From Parcubacteria group bacterium Licking1014_17 (GTDB lineage: Bacteria > Patescibacteriota > Minisyncoccia > 2-02-FULL-40-12 > IGHO2-01-FULL-4-A), in NCBI GenBank assembly GCA_007376485.1, contig VMGJ01000002.1, forward strand, positions 15,134-79,133: a DNA stretch of 64,000 nt, in the 5' to 3' direction. A program made the position numbers and the translations under genes. Positions 1-9,825 of the stretch are shown here, one piece after another (within the stretch, counting starts at the first letter, position 1; each line of letters begins with the position of its first letter). The notes beneath the pieces are model-generated. The model was not told where the DNA came from. It did no database searches and saw only the letters and a program-made list of their open reading frames with translations.

Positions 1-706
1 TATCGCCGGGGAACAGTTTTTTATGTTCAAAATTGACATTCAGGGGATAAATAAAATCATTACCGTTGAAAAAAGCCCCCACGGCAACCTCCACGCCGAC
101 AGCCATTTTTTGGAGCTGGAATTTTTTTATCTTTTTTGCCCAGACTATTTTATTCTGCTCAAGAATTTCAATCAGATCTTTGCCGTCATCTTCCTGCGCT
201 AAAAACAATATTCCCTTCTGGTCTGAAGAAATATTGCCCGACGGCTTAAATACGTATCTGCCCGGGTTCGTTTTAATGAAATCTATGGCTGAATCAAAAC
301 TTGTGAAATCCCAGTGAGGAAGCGTGAGCATTCCTGCCCTTTTCATCTCGTCCTGCCCGAATTCCCTGTCTTTTTCCAGTTTGTCCGTGTATTCGCTGCC
401 CCCGACAACCAACTTCCCGGCGGCCCTCAAGGAATCGGCAATTTTCCCGAAGTCAACGTCATCAAATACAATAACATCCGCCCAATCCTTATATTTTCCC
501 CAATCATCGACTTTATCGAGTATCCCGTCGTAAACGTCCTTATCCCCTTCGCGTTCAATGTAGGCTTTTACTTCATGGCCTTCTTTTTTTACCTGCCAAG
601 CCAAATCACCGCTTAAACTTTCAAACGAAACAAATAAAAACTTCTTTGCCGGAAAAGAATTGGCGCCGTTGGTTTGTTCGTGATTGTTGTTTGAACCGTT
701 GGACAT
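1..706 (-). CDS. ATP-grasp enzyme, PurD-like (phosphoribosylamine-glycine ligase-like). It is 5' complete and its 3' end runs off the window.
   Basis: Reverse-complement reading from the ATG at 706 gives MSNGSNNNHEQTNGANSF...SLSGDLAWQVKKEGHEVKAYIEREGD...VVGGSEYTDKLEKDREFGQDEMKRAGMLT...YVFKPSGN. The GxxxLAW N-terminal motif and the ATP-grasp-like segment match PurD. The plus-strand ORFs 66..616 are low-complexity shadow ORFs. Confidence 0.5.
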   Translation of the reverse strand, partial: MSNGSNNNHEQTNGANSFPAKKFLFVSFESLSGDLAWQVKKEGHEVKAYIEREGDKDVYDGILDKVDDWGKYKDWADVIVFDDVDFGKIADSLRAAGKLVVGGSEYTDKLEKDREFGQDEMKRAGMLTLPHWDFTSFDSAIDFIKTNPGRYVFKPSGNISSDQKGILFLAQEDDGKDLIEILEQNKIVWAKKIKKFQLQKMAVGVEVAVGAFFNGNDFIYPLNVNFEHKKLFPGD

Positions 707-848
707 AACAAGCAAAATCAGATTAGCAACCTGATAGAAATTTTCTAAAAAGATTATCTATTTTCAGTACCGAGATTGCTTTCACTTATAATTAAAATAT
801 AGCGCAATAAAAAATACAGTCAATAACCAAAAGTTATTTTTCTGTTGA

Positions 849-1412
849 TTACTTTAAAAAAATTTCTCCGGGCTTGCATTCATTCCTGAAATATTTCCAC
901 TCTTCGCATTCAGAACCGTCTTTAAACACGCAGTAACCTGCTTGCCCGTCCTGCGTATTTCTAATATCCAGCTTGCCGCTCTGCCGTTCGCAGTAAACCG
1001 AAGCCGGATTGGCAAGCTGGGGCGCTTCGCCGCCGCTCTTTCCGTTCATATTTGTGCCGGGTGCGTTAGATTCAAACGCCGGTTTATTTTTATTCAAAAA
1101 ATAAATTGATGGGATTATAATTGCCAGTAAAACGGCAATCGTGCCGAAGGCAAAATAATACCGGCGCGATACGGGTAAAATGGCAGGTTTTTCGCCACTT
1201 TTTTGAGCATTTCTCAAATCGGCAATCTTGTCCAAAAGCTTGATTTTTAGTTCGTTTTTGAAATCTTGGTTCAGCTCGACATTCGGTTTAACTTCCATAA
1301 AAGCCGTAATTACTTTCATCCAAATTTGCTCTTCGCTTCTCAAAGACGGCTCTGATTTATACAGATTTTCCAAAATTTCTCTTATAAAATTGTTCTTTTC
1401 TTCCTGGTTCAT
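849..1412 (-). CDS. Membrane-anchored putative anti-sigma factor with a C-terminal DUF333 domain.
   Basis: The protein has an N-terminal cytoplasmic part, one transmembrane helix (FAFGTIAVLLAIIIPSIYF), and a C-terminal NPASVYCERQSG...GYCVFKDGSECEEWKYFRNEC segment typical of DUF333. Its start sits 7 nt downstream of the ECF sigma gene. Confidence 0.55.
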   Translation of the reverse strand: MNQEEKNNFIREILENLYKSEPSLRSEEQIWMKVITAFMEVKPNVELNQDFKNELKIKLLDKIADLRNAQKSGEKPAILPVSRRYYFAFGTIAVLLAIIIPSIYFLNKNKPAFESNAPGTNMNGKSGGEAPQLANPASVYCERQSGKLDIRNTQDGQAGYCVFKDGSECEEWKYFRNECKPGEIFLK

Positions 1413-1418
1413 AATTTT

Positions 1419-1976
1419 TTAAATATTTAACAAAAATAACAGCAGGCTCATCACAATTTTTCCGCGCAATTTATTGATGGCTCGCGAAAAAATCATTTTA
1501 CAATTGGTTTCGCTCTTGCCGACTATTTCCGTAATTTCCTTGTACAGTAATCCGTCCCAGATTCTCAATATTATGATTTCCTTCTGCTCCTCGTTCAGTT
1601 CCTTCAGATATTTTTTCACCTCATCCAATTTCATTCTGACATCCAGATCGCGGTTCATATCCTCTCCCGATGCCAAGTCCCAGAAATCATATATTTCAAC
1701 GTCGTCCTTTTTGGTCCGGTAGTAATCAATCACCGTATTTCGGGCAATTCTGTAAATCCATGAAGAAAAAGAACCTCTGCTTTCATCAAACGACATTAAT
1801 TTTTCAAGCGCTTTCATAAACGTCCGGCTTGTCAGGTCTTCGGCTGTTTCTTTCTGCCCCACCCGGTAGTAAATAAACCTGTAAATTTTCCCGAAATAGG
1901 CGTCGTAAAGCTTCCCGAATTCCTCCGACTGCCCTTCTTTGCACCGTCTGACAATTTGTGATTCTTCCGCTTCCAT
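1419..1976 (-). CDS. ECF-family RNA polymerase sigma-70 factor.
   Basis: Contains sigma-70 region 2 (YRIARNTVIDYYR) and region 4 (EQKEIIILRIWDGLLYKEITEIVGKSETNCKMIFSRAINKLR). Confidence 0.8.
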   Translation of the reverse strand: MEAEESQIVRRCKEGQSEEFGKLYDAYFGKIYRFIYYRVGQKETAEDLTSRTFMKALEKLMSFDESRGSFSSWIYRIARNTVIDYYRTKKDDVEIYDFWDLASGEDMNRDLDVRMKLDEVKKYLKELNEEQKEIIILRIWDGLLYKEITEIVGKSETNCKMIFSRAINKLRGKIVMSLLLFLLNI

Positions 1977-2015
1977 AGTTCATACGACAATCACGCCGAA
2001 AAGTGACATGACATA

Positions 2016-3287
2016 TCAAACCAAGCTCCAAATCAAGGCGATTGCCGCCGCCGCCATAATTACGGTTATGAGCCAGCCCAGGATATTCGAAAACCGGGAA
2101 TTCACGCGTTCGCCCATGATTTTTTTGTTGTTTGAAATCAACATTATCAGAATTAAAAGCGGCGGAGCAAGAACGCCGTTAAGAGCCGCGGCATAATAAA
2201 GTATTTTGAACGGCGGAATAGGCAAGAAATTGATAATCAAGCCCACGACGGTCGCGATGGTGATTACCCCGTAAAATCCGTGGGCTTGGGACAGCTTTTT
2301 GTATAATCCCTCTTTCCATTGGAACGCTTCCGAGCAGGCATAAGACGCCGAAGCGGCCAAAACCGGTACTACTAAAAGTCCGGCTCCGATTATTCCGATT
2401 GCGAATAAAATATAAGCGAAATTACCGGCGATTGGGCGCAATGCTTCGGCGGCTTTGCCGGCGGTATCAACGTTCATTATTCCTAATCGCCCCAACGTAG
2501 CGGCAGCGGTCAAGATTATGAAAAAAGTAATGAAGTTTGAAAAAAACATCCCGAATACCGTGTCGGTTTTCATTTTTTTTACATCACGCTCTGTTATCCG
2601 CGGTTTTCCCACGTCCATCTCTTTCAGCTTATGCTCAACAATTTCTTCCTCGACTTCTTCGTTTGACTGCCAGAAAAAGAGATAGGGAGAAATGGTGGTT
2701 CCCAGAAAAGCAACGATGTTCAACAGATAACTTTTACTCCAAACGATTGTCGGTTTAATTGTAGAAATAAATACTTCGCCCCAATTTTGCTTGACCGCGA
2801 ACGCGGTTATCACATATGCCAAAAGAGTCAGCGCCAGATATTTCAAAAATTTTACGTACGTTTTATAGGTGATGAAAATCTCAAGAATCAAAATCAGCGC
2901 GGTTGTTCCGAGCAGCAGTACGGCGAAGGGCAGTCCGATAATTAATTTTAGGGAAGAAGCCATGGCGCCCAAATCCGCCCCGATATTTACGGTGTTGGCG
3001 AACAATAGAATGGCGATTGCGGCATAGAGAATCTTTTTTGAGTAATGGTTTCTGATTACACCGGACAGCCCTTTGCCTGTCACCAGCCCGATTCTGCCAC
3101 AAATTTCCTGAACCACAACCATAAACGGAAAAGAGTAGAGCGCCGCCCATAATTGATGATAGCCAAATTGCGACCCGGATTGAGAATAGGTGGCGATTCC
3201 CGAAGGGTCATTATCCGAAGCGCCGGTTATAAACCCGGGTCCGAGAAATTTGAAAAACTTTTTGATTTTCTTCTTTATCTCCGACAT
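2016..3287 (-). CDS. mntH: NRAMP-family divalent metal (Mn2+/Fe2+) transporter.
   Basis: Carries the GPGFITGASDNDPSGIATYSQSGSQFGY...MVVVQEICGRIGLVTGKGL NRAMP signature. The protein is polytopic and 423 aa long. Confidence 0.85.
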   Translation of the reverse strand: MSEIKKKIKKFFKFLGPGFITGASDNDPSGIATYSQSGSQFGYHQLWAALYSFPFMVVVQEICGRIGLVTGKGLSGVIRNHYSKKILYAAIAILLFANTVNIGADLGAMASSLKLIIGLPFAVLLLGTTALILILEIFITYKTYVKFLKYLALTLLAYVITAFAVKQNWGEVFISTIKPTIVWSKSYLLNIVAFLGTTISPYLFFWQSNEEVEEEIVEHKLKEMDVGKPRITERDVKKMKTDTVFGMFFSNFITFFIILTAAATLGRLGIMNVDTAGKAAEALRPIAGNFAYILFAIGIIGAGLLVVPVLAASASYACSEAFQWKEGLYKKLSQAHGFYGVITIATVVGLIINFLPIPPFKILYYAAALNGVLAPPLLILIMLISNNKKIMGERVNSRFSNILGWLITVIMAAAAIALIWSLV

Positions 3288-3374
3288 CTACGATTATATT
3301 TTAGCACAAAACCGCAATTTATTAATAAAGACCGGGCGTGCGAAACCACCCGGTCTTAAAAAGGACAGTGCTTC

Positions 3375-3668
3375 TTAATGTCCTACCGATTCAACCAATG
3401 TGAAATAATAATTGAGCACCTCCGCCAGTTCACCCGTATCATCAATGAAGCCAATGAACACATCGCCCCCGTGTTTCAGAATTTCTGAAATTGTGAATGG
3501 ACCCCTGCCGTGTCCCCGAATTAATAATTCTATATCTGCTTTGATGCAACCCTGGTCAAATACTTTCGGGTCCAAAAAGCATATTTCATCCTCGATATGG
3601 ACTATTTTATTCATCCATCCACGAGAATCGCAAATGAAAGTTTCTTTTAACTTTACACAAGTTAACAT
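3375..3668 (-). CDS. Hypothetical protein of 97 aa.
   Basis: Clean ORF with no recognisable motif. Confidence 0.3.
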   Translation of the reverse strand: MLTCVKLKETFICDSRGWMNKIVHIEDEICFLDPKVFDQGCIKADIELLIRGHGRGPFTISEILKHGGDVFIGFIDDTGELAEVLNYYFTLVESVGH

Positions 3669-3893
3669 AGCCGTATCTCCTATTTCCGATTTCTGATTTA
3701 TTTAAGTTGACAAGGAACCAAAACCAAAATAGCACTTGCGCGCTACAAATGCAAATACCTCTATACACAAAAATTACCTCAAATAATCGGCTATATTAAT
3801 CCAATTGGCGAGTTCCGACGGATTTGACACATACCCGCGGGTGTCAATACTCGCGCCTTTATGGATTCCCAGATGCAGGTGTTTTCTTTTAAC

Positions 3894-4326
3894 TTACTGG
3901 CTGGGGGTTGGCGTCGGATTCGGTGTGCCGGTTGGAATTGGCCTGATTTGAATTGATTGGGCGGTAATACTGCCGTCCGAATTAGCCGTGCCGGTGATAG
4001 TCACGGATTTGCCGATTTCCAAATCGCTTGGCGTTCCGCCGGCAAACTTGCTTATCTCGGTAGTACCCGAATAAAAAACGATTTTGGATCCGCCGTCTCT
4101 TAATTTAACAGTGATGCTTTGATTGTCCTTGGCGATTATATCCCCAGCGGTAAAATTACCGCCGGCCGTGCCGCCCCTCGCGCCGCGAAGTCCGCTGAAG
4201 TTTGCCACGCCGGCTACGCCGGATTCCTTGAGGCAAACTACCCTTGGCATATTGCATCCCGCCGAAAAATCCGGCGCCTCCGAAAACAACCGCGGCGACA
4301 ACTGCCGCCAATACTGTCTTATTCAT
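3894..4326 (-). pseudogene. DUF5666-like secreted protein that appears frameshifted between its signal peptide and its mature domain.
   Basis: The ATG at 4326 encodes a signal peptide ([23 protein letters not shown]) and then stops after about 57 codons. The Gly-rich and beta-rich mature domain ([53 protein letters not shown]...[10 protein letters not shown]) continues in the -1 frame down to 3894. Confidence 0.4.
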
Positions 4327-4332
4327 TTTTTA

Positions 4333-5556
4333 TTATTCATAACGTAACGCCTCTATGGGATTAAGCCCTGCCGCGCGCCTCGCGGGGTAGTAACCGAAAA
4401 TAATCCCAATAGCCGTCGATACGCCGAACGCTAATATTATCGAAGATAAAGAAATAGAAGTGGTAATACCGCCGAACTTTGAAACCAATAGGCTGGTAAT
4501 CCAACCAACAATCACGCCCGCCGCACCGCCGATGAAGGTAAGCATCACCGCCTCGGCTAAAAATTGCTGGCTGATATCTTTACGTTTGGCGCCGACCGCC
4601 TTGCGAAGGCCGATTTCTCGGGTTCTTTCGGTAACCGTGGTCAGCATCATATTCATAATGCCGATTCCGCCGACTATGAGCGATATGCCGGCGACTGAAC
4701 CAAGAAGAATTGTAAATGTATCGGCGATAGACGATGCGGCGGCGACAATATCGGTCTGGTTCATAATGCTAAAATCGGCCAATGTCGGGTCGGAAATATT
4801 ATGCCGCCCCAAAAGCAGACTGGTTATCTGGCTTTGGGTTTCAGTCATTACCTTTTGGCTGGAGGCCTGCACACTTATCGTGCTCACATAATTGCCGCCC
4901 GACAGAAAACGCTGTGCCGAAGAAATTGGCACGAAAATCATATCATCCTGGTTACTGAAACCGCTCCCGCCCTTGCTTTTTGTAACGCCGATAATCTTGA
5001 ATTCGATTTTTTTAATGCGGATTGCCTGCCCAACCGGATCTACGCCTTCGCCGAAAAGATCATCTCTAACTGTCGGCCCTATCACAACCACCTTAGATAA
5101 ACTTCTTATGTGCTGGCCGGTGATAAAAGAGCCGGAATCAATCTCTATGTTCCTGATTTGTGGGTAGTCGGCAGTCGTACCCAAGACCTGCGTGTTAGTG
5201 TTTGTGCCTTTAGCTGCTATCTGGTAGCGGCCGCTTAATTCCGGCGCCACCGCTGCCACTGTCGGGATTTCCTGCCGAATGGCTTCGGCGTCATCCAGGG
5301 TTAAACTCTGGGCGCTGCCCCGACCAGAACTCACCTGGAAGCCCAGCCCGCGTTGAGTGCCGGGCATAACAATTATCAGATTTGAGCCAAGGGATTGGAT
5401 ATTATTTTCAATAGTGCTTTTGGCGCCCTGGCCTATGGAAATCATGGCGATAACCGAACCGATGCCGATGATAATGCCCAAAACCGTTAGGCCGGAACGG
5501 GCCTTGTTCACCAGAAGCGCCATAGATGTTTCTTTGAACAAGTCGGGATATTTCAT
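4333..5556 (-). CDS. ABC transporter permease of the MacB/FtsX family.
   Basis: Starts MKYPDLFKETSMALLVNKARSGLTVLGIIIGIGSVIAM (a MacB-type N-terminus) and has a C-terminal FtsX four-helix domain. Confidence 0.85.
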   Translation of the reverse strand: MKYPDLFKETSMALLVNKARSGLTVLGIIIGIGSVIAMISIGQGAKSTIENNIQSLGSNLIIVMPGTQRGLGFQVSSGRGSAQSLTLDDAEAIRQEIPTVAAVAPELSGRYQIAAKGTNTNTQVLGTTADYPQIRNIEIDSGSFITGQHIRSLSKVVVIGPTVRDDLFGEGVDPVGQAIRIKKIEFKIIGVTKSKGGSGFSNQDDMIFVPISSAQRFLSGGNYVSTISVQASSQKVMTETQSQITSLLLGRHNISDPTLADFSIMNQTDIVAAASSIADTFTILLGSVAGISLIVGGIGIMNMMLTTVTERTREIGLRKAVGAKRKDISQQFLAEAVMLTFIGGAAGVIVGWITSLLVSKFGGITTSISLSSIILAFGVSTAIGIIFGYYPARRAAGLNPIEALRYE

Positions 5557-5560
5557 TAAT

Positions 5561-6280
5561 TTACTTGAACGGGACTTTAGTTCTCAATTTATTTTGATTT
5601 TTTTTATCGCCGACAATCAGGCCATCGCGGATTTCAATGATACGATCGGCGTGTTCAGCCACATAACGCTCGTGGGTAATTAAAATAACCGTGCGTTTTT
5701 GTTTCTCGTTCAGTATTTGAAAAGTGTAAAGCACGACTTCGCCGGTCTTAGTGTCTAAATTACCGGTCGGCTCGTCGGCTAAAATTATAGAAGGGTTGTT
5801 CACCAGCGCCCGGGCGATAGCCACGCGCTGCATCTGGCCGCCGGAGAGCTGATTGGAACGGTGTTGGTAATGGCTTTCATCTAAGCCAGTATTTTTAAGC
5901 GCTTCCTTGGCGCGGGTTTCTCTTTTTTCCTCGGGCGTATTCGTATACATCAGAGGTAGCATGGCATTACGCAAAACTGTGGCCCTGGGCAGTAAGTTGA
6001 ACGACTGGAAAACAAAACCAAGCTTATCTTTGCGGATGTCAGCCAGTTCATCATCGGACAATTTGGAAACATCATGGCCATCGAGAATGTACTGGCCGCT
6101 GGTAGGCGTATCCAGTGCCCCGATAATATTCATAAGCGTTGATTTGCCCGAACCAGACGGTCCCATAATAGCCACGAATTCACCGTCTTTAATACTAAAG
6201 GTTAATCCTTTCAAGACGGTCGTTTCCACGTTGCCGTTGCCGCTTTTGTAAATTTTAGTAATATTTTTACAATCAATCAT
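5561..6280 (-). CDS. ABC transporter ATP-binding protein, MacB/LolD-like.
   Basis: Shows Walker A (GPSGSGKST), the [15 protein letters not shown] signature, and Walker B ([11 protein letters not shown]). The true start is the ATG at 6280 ([11 protein letters not shown]), which overlaps the upstream stop codon. Confidence 0.9.
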   Translation of the reverse strand: MIDCKNITKIYKSGNGNVETTVLKGLTFSIKDGEFVAIMGPSGSGKSTLMNIIGALDTPTSGQYILDGHDVSKLSDDELADIRKDKLGFVFQSFNLLPRATVLRNAMLPLMYTNTPEEKRETRAKEALKNTGLDESHYQHRSNQLSGGQMQRVAIARALVNNPSIILADEPTGNLDTKTGEVVLYTFQILNEKQKRTVILITHERYVAEHADRIIEIRDGLIVGDKKNQNKLRTKVPFK

Positions 6281-6284
6281 ATTT

Positions 6285-8051
6285 TTAACGGGAACCGTTA
6301 AGTCCTCTTGTTCCCCCGCCCGCATTAAGAATACTTCTGTTTTGAGTTGAACTTTGAGTACTGGCTGTTGAAGAAGTAATAGTGCGGGTAACAATCACAT
6401 CGCCTTCTTTTAGTCCGTCGGTGATTTCAGCATAAGAATCGCTGATTAGCCCGACTGTTATTGTTTGCCGCTTCGGTTGGGAATCAAGAACAATGCCGGC
6501 GCTGCTTGCGCTCTGGGCTAAAAGTTCATTGGCGGAACTGGAAGCCTCGCTCGGCATTTCCACGTAGCTGAAATCACTCGAAGTTTTAATCGCTGAGAGC
6601 GGCACCATGAGAACGTTTTGTTTTGAATCCGTGATAATGGATGCCGAAACGCTCATTCCCGGTTTAATCCGGCTATCTTCAGCGTCAAGGCCGATTTTGA
6701 TATTGTAGCTGACAACTCCCTGGCTCACCGCCCCGATAATATCCACATCAGCTACTTTGCCGGTGATGGTTAGATTTTCCACGGCATCAAACGTTAAAGT
6801 AACTTTTTGGTCAATTTTAATCTTAGCCACATCAACTTCATTGAGGGAAATCTCGGCAATCCTTTGATTAGAAATTACCGTGACTGCGGCAGTGCCTCCG
6901 GAAGCGGAGTCCCCGCGCTTAATATTTACCGCTGCTACCGTGCCGGCAAAAGGCGCCCGAACGTAATAATTAGCCAGATTATCCTTGGCGTCCTGCAGCA
7001 CTGCTTGCCGCTGCTGCACTGCTATTTGCTGGCTGGCTAAGTCGAGGGGGTTGCTTTGCTGAGCATTACTAAAATTTCTCTGGGCGCTGGCCAAATTCTG
7101 TTGATTTGAGGTGATTGAATTCTGGATATTCGCCAGTGTATTTATATGGCTGTTCAGTTTGCTTACATAGCCGGCGATATCGGATTGATATTGGGTGATG
7201 GCCGAAGGGATTGGTCGCGAAGTTTGATATTGTTTCATGCTTAAAACCACGGTATCAAGAATGTTCTGTTCGTCTTTAACCGTTTGGGCCATCAATTTGA
7301 CAGTTTCAAGCGTTTCATTAATGAGGACGATGATTTGCTCCGGTGAAGAATAGCGGCTGGTGTTTTTGTAGTTATCAAAATTAGCGCTGAATTTTGCCGC
7401 CGCCGTTTGATAGTTGCCCGCGGACTGATAAATCATAACGTCCATCTGAAAAACACTGTATTGATCCATTAAGTCCCGATAAGCGCCGGTGTTAGCCTGA
7501 GTTGAGCTGCCAACCTTGGCATCGTAAAGAATGCCGCGAATACCGGTTGAAATGTCGGGCAGGTCGAGAAAAGCGTTGGCTACGCCGTTGAATCCGTTTT
7601 GATAGGCCTGCCCCAAATTGCTCTGGGCGTTGGTAATCGTATCTTGCAATTGGGGGATACTGGAACTTTGGCTCAGTTTGGTTTTTTGTAAGCTTATTTG
7701 AGCATTTTCCAAACTAATTTCTGCGTCCCGGATGGCTTTCAAAGCATCTTGGGTATTAAGTTGAACCAGTAAAGTTCCGGCCCGGACGGCTTGTCCGTTT
7801 TTTACACCCACGTAGACCACGTCGCCGGAGACCTTTGGTTTTACATCCACCTGATTTGATGCCGAAATCTGCCCGCTTCCCGAAATGGAAGATATTATTG
7901 TTCCTTTTTGGACGCTGGCGAGTACATATTGAGATGCTGCCGTGCCGCCACTGCCTCTGACCAGCAAATAAATTATAACGATTACCACCAGCGCCGAAAC
8001 CGCGGAAATTACTTTGTGTTTGCTGATAATTTTTTTAATTTTTTGTATCAT
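6285..8051 (-). CDS. HlyD/MacA-type periplasmic adaptor (membrane fusion protein).
   Basis: Has an N-terminal transmembrane helix, biotinyl-lipoyl-like segments (VKPKVSGDVVYVGVKNGQAVRAGTLL and RAPFAGTVAAVNIKRGD), and a long Q/N-rich coiled coil. Confidence 0.8.
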   Translation of the reverse strand: MIQKIKKIISKHKVISAVSALVVIVIIYLLVRGSGGTAASQYVLASVQKGTIISSISGSGQISASNQVDVKPKVSGDVVYVGVKNGQAVRAGTLLVQLNTQDALKAIRDAEISLENAQISLQKTKLSQSSSIPQLQDTITNAQSNLGQAYQNGFNGVANAFLDLPDISTGIRGILYDAKVGSSTQANTGAYRDLMDQYSVFQMDVMIYQSAGNYQTAAAKFSANFDNYKNTSRYSSPEQIIVLINETLETVKLMAQTVKDEQNILDTVVLSMKQYQTSRPIPSAITQYQSDIAGYVSKLNSHINTLANIQNSITSNQQNLASAQRNFSNAQQSNPLDLASQQIAVQQRQAVLQDAKDNLANYYVRAPFAGTVAAVNIKRGDSASGGTAAVTVISNQRIAEISLNEVDVAKIKIDQKVTLTFDAVENLTITGKVADVDIIGAVSQGVVSYNIKIGLDAEDSRIKPGMSVSASIITDSKQNVLMVPLSAIKTSSDFSYVEMPSEASSSANELLAQSASSAGIVLDSQPKRQTITVGLISDSYAEITDGLKEGDVIVTRTITSSTASTQSSTQNRSILNAGGGTRGLNGSR

Positions 8052-8067
8052 TTATAAAATATTAATA

Positions 8068-8574
8068 TTAACGCGGCGCTAAAGGCATTGGCGACATTGG
8101 CATTGACGGCAACACTCTGATGAATTTCGCCATTATCTGGCCGGAATTGTCTGGATTGCCGATTATTACGATGTTATTGCCCACCTTCAAATCATTGGGA
8201 CTGACAGTATCCCGTAAATATCTGGTTACCGTGTCGTTTTCAACGATGACAATCTTTTCGACGTTATCCTGCCCCTTAATAATTAACGTCGGCCCTGATT
8301 TCTCCAGACTTGCCGGGGGGTCAATTTTAATAATCAAACCAGCCACGCCGTGGCCATCGGATAGATCTCCTCCGCCTAAACCACCGAATAAGCCGCCTCT
8401 GGGACCGCCGAAGTTCCGGTGATAGTTTTCAGCCCATGTGTATGAAAATCCCGCCTTGCGATATCCAATCATCATGCCGATACTAAACGTTCCTACCAGC
8501 ACAGCAATGCCAAACAACACAAGAATAATGACCATGAACATTTTTGATTTTAAAAATTGTATAAAATTGTCCAT
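8068..8574 (-). CDS. Membrane-anchored DUF5666-like protein, a paralog of the 3894..4326 gene.
   Basis: Has a transmembrane helix, a Gly-rich linker (GGPRGGLFGGLGGG), and a beta-rich domain (GLIIKIDP...TLIIKGQDNVEKIVIVENDTVTRY...LKVGNNIVIIGNPDNSGQIMAKFIRVL) that resembles the domain of the 3894 gene. Confidence 0.4.
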   Translation of the reverse strand: MDNFIQFLKSKMFMVIILVLFGIAVLVGTFSIGMMIGYRKAGFSYTWAENYHRNFGGPRGGLFGGLGGGDLSDGHGVAGLIIKIDPPASLEKSGPTLIIKGQDNVEKIVIVENDTVTRYLRDTVSPNDLKVGNNIVIIGNPDNSGQIMAKFIRVLPSMPMSPMPLAPR

Positions 8575-8588
8575 ATTATTATTAATTA

Positions 8589-9014
8589 TTATTTTTTATT
8601 ACGGGTAGATTTTATTAACGAAACAAACTTTTCGTAATTTGAGCCTACAAATTTCACAAACAGCAGCACAAAAGTCAGAGGGATTAAGAAAATAACTATG
8701 GAGCTTCCGGGCATCGATTCCAAGAGAGACAAAATAAAACTTTGCCAGTATTTAATCACTATGCCCGGGTCGGAATATATTAAAGACAAATAAGGGCCGA
8801 AACTGGATTCTGACAACACTTCCTTTAAACCGATAAACGCGAAAATTGACAGAAAAAGGAAAACCGCCGCGGCTGCGATAAAAACCCCCAAATGCCTCTT
8901 AACCAAGCGGATTCGTTTTTCAAGCCCCAGACGCCTGATTATCCGCGAAAAAAGACCATGGGGTGGTTCCATCGGAACAATATAGTCGTAATTTGTTTTC
9001 TCATTTTCCCGCAT
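8589..9014 (-). CDS. Membrane protein, possibly the anti-sigma factor for the adjacent ECF sigma.
   Basis: Lies immediately downstream of the ECF sigma gene and has a cytoplasmic N-terminus followed by transmembrane helices. There is no sequence-level motif. Confidence 0.35.
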   Translation of the reverse strand: MRENEKTNYDYIVPMEPPHGLFSRIIRRLGLEKRIRLVKRHLGVFIAAAAVFLFLSIFAFIGLKEVLSESSFGPYLSLIYSDPGIVIKYWQSFILSLLESMPGSSIVIFLIPLTFVLLFVKFVGSNYEKFVSLIKSTRNKK

Positions 9015-9174
9015 AAGCCCCTACGATATCAATACGACCGGCTTATGCCTTTTGGTTCATCCCGAACGAAGCAGCAACAGCCAGACATAAGTTAGCGTGT
9101 GTCTACTGGCTATTCATTTAATGACTATGATCAGCCATTTATGAACCCGCAAGGGCTACTTTGTACGGGATTCG

Positions 9175-9741
9175 CTATTTTGAGGTCAGTATCTTTTTCA
9201 ACAACAAAATACCCCTAAAATATTGAGTTTTGACGGTATTTATCGGCTTTTCAAGCAATTCCGCGATCTCCCGAAATTTCAAGCCGTCATTAATATGCAT
9301 ATTTATGACCGAGTTATACTGGGCCGGCAGTCTCGCCAACGCCAAAGATAATCCCCTTGCGGTTTCCTTTGATGATAAGAAATCAACAACCGACGGAGCC
9401 ATGTCCGGTATGTTGTCAACAAAACTATGCTCGCTCTGGTCATCTTTAATTTTCGAAAACGGCACCGCGGTTTTTTTCTTGAGCCAGTCAATGGCGGTAT
9501 GTTTGGCTATAGTAAAAATCCACGCCCTAAAGCTTTTAAACTCATCGAAACGCTTTAGGTTTCGCCATACCTTAATGAAAACTTCTTGGGTTATATCAGA
9601 GGCGTTGCCCGTGCTGCCCGTATATCTGCGGACAAATCCGTACACGAGAGGAAGATACCGCGCGACAAGACTCTCGAGAGCCGACTCATCGCTATCTTTT
9701 AAATAACGCGCGATTAATTGTTCATCTGTGAACTGATTCAT
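9175..9741 (-). CDS. ECF-family RNA polymerase sigma-70 factor.
   Basis: Contains region 2 (FRAWIFTIAKHTAIDW) and region 4 (INDGLKFREIAELLEKPINTVKTQYFRGILLLKK). The start was moved to the ATG at 9741 (MNQFTDEQLIARYL). Confidence 0.8.
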   Translation of the reverse strand: MNQFTDEQLIARYLKDSDESALESLVARYLPLVYGFVRRYTGSTGNASDITQEVFIKVWRNLKRFDEFKSFRAWIFTIAKHTAIDWLKKKTAVPFSKIKDDQSEHSFVDNIPDMAPSVVDFLSSKETARGLSLALARLPAQYNSVINMHINDGLKFREIAELLEKPINTVKTQYFRGILLLKKILTSK

Positions 9742-9825
9742 GATTAAAACAAAATTATAACATATCCGATCAAGAAACAGCAGTTGAGACAACAAGTCTC
9801 CCGCGCTCGGTTAATTAGAAAAGTT

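Noticed and set aside
66-616. Plus-strand ORFs 66..317, 314..616 and 324..533.
   Set aside because: They are low-complexity (F/S/P-rich) and non-protein-like. They are shadow frames of the minus-strand ATP-grasp gene 1..706, which gives a coherent PurD-like translation.
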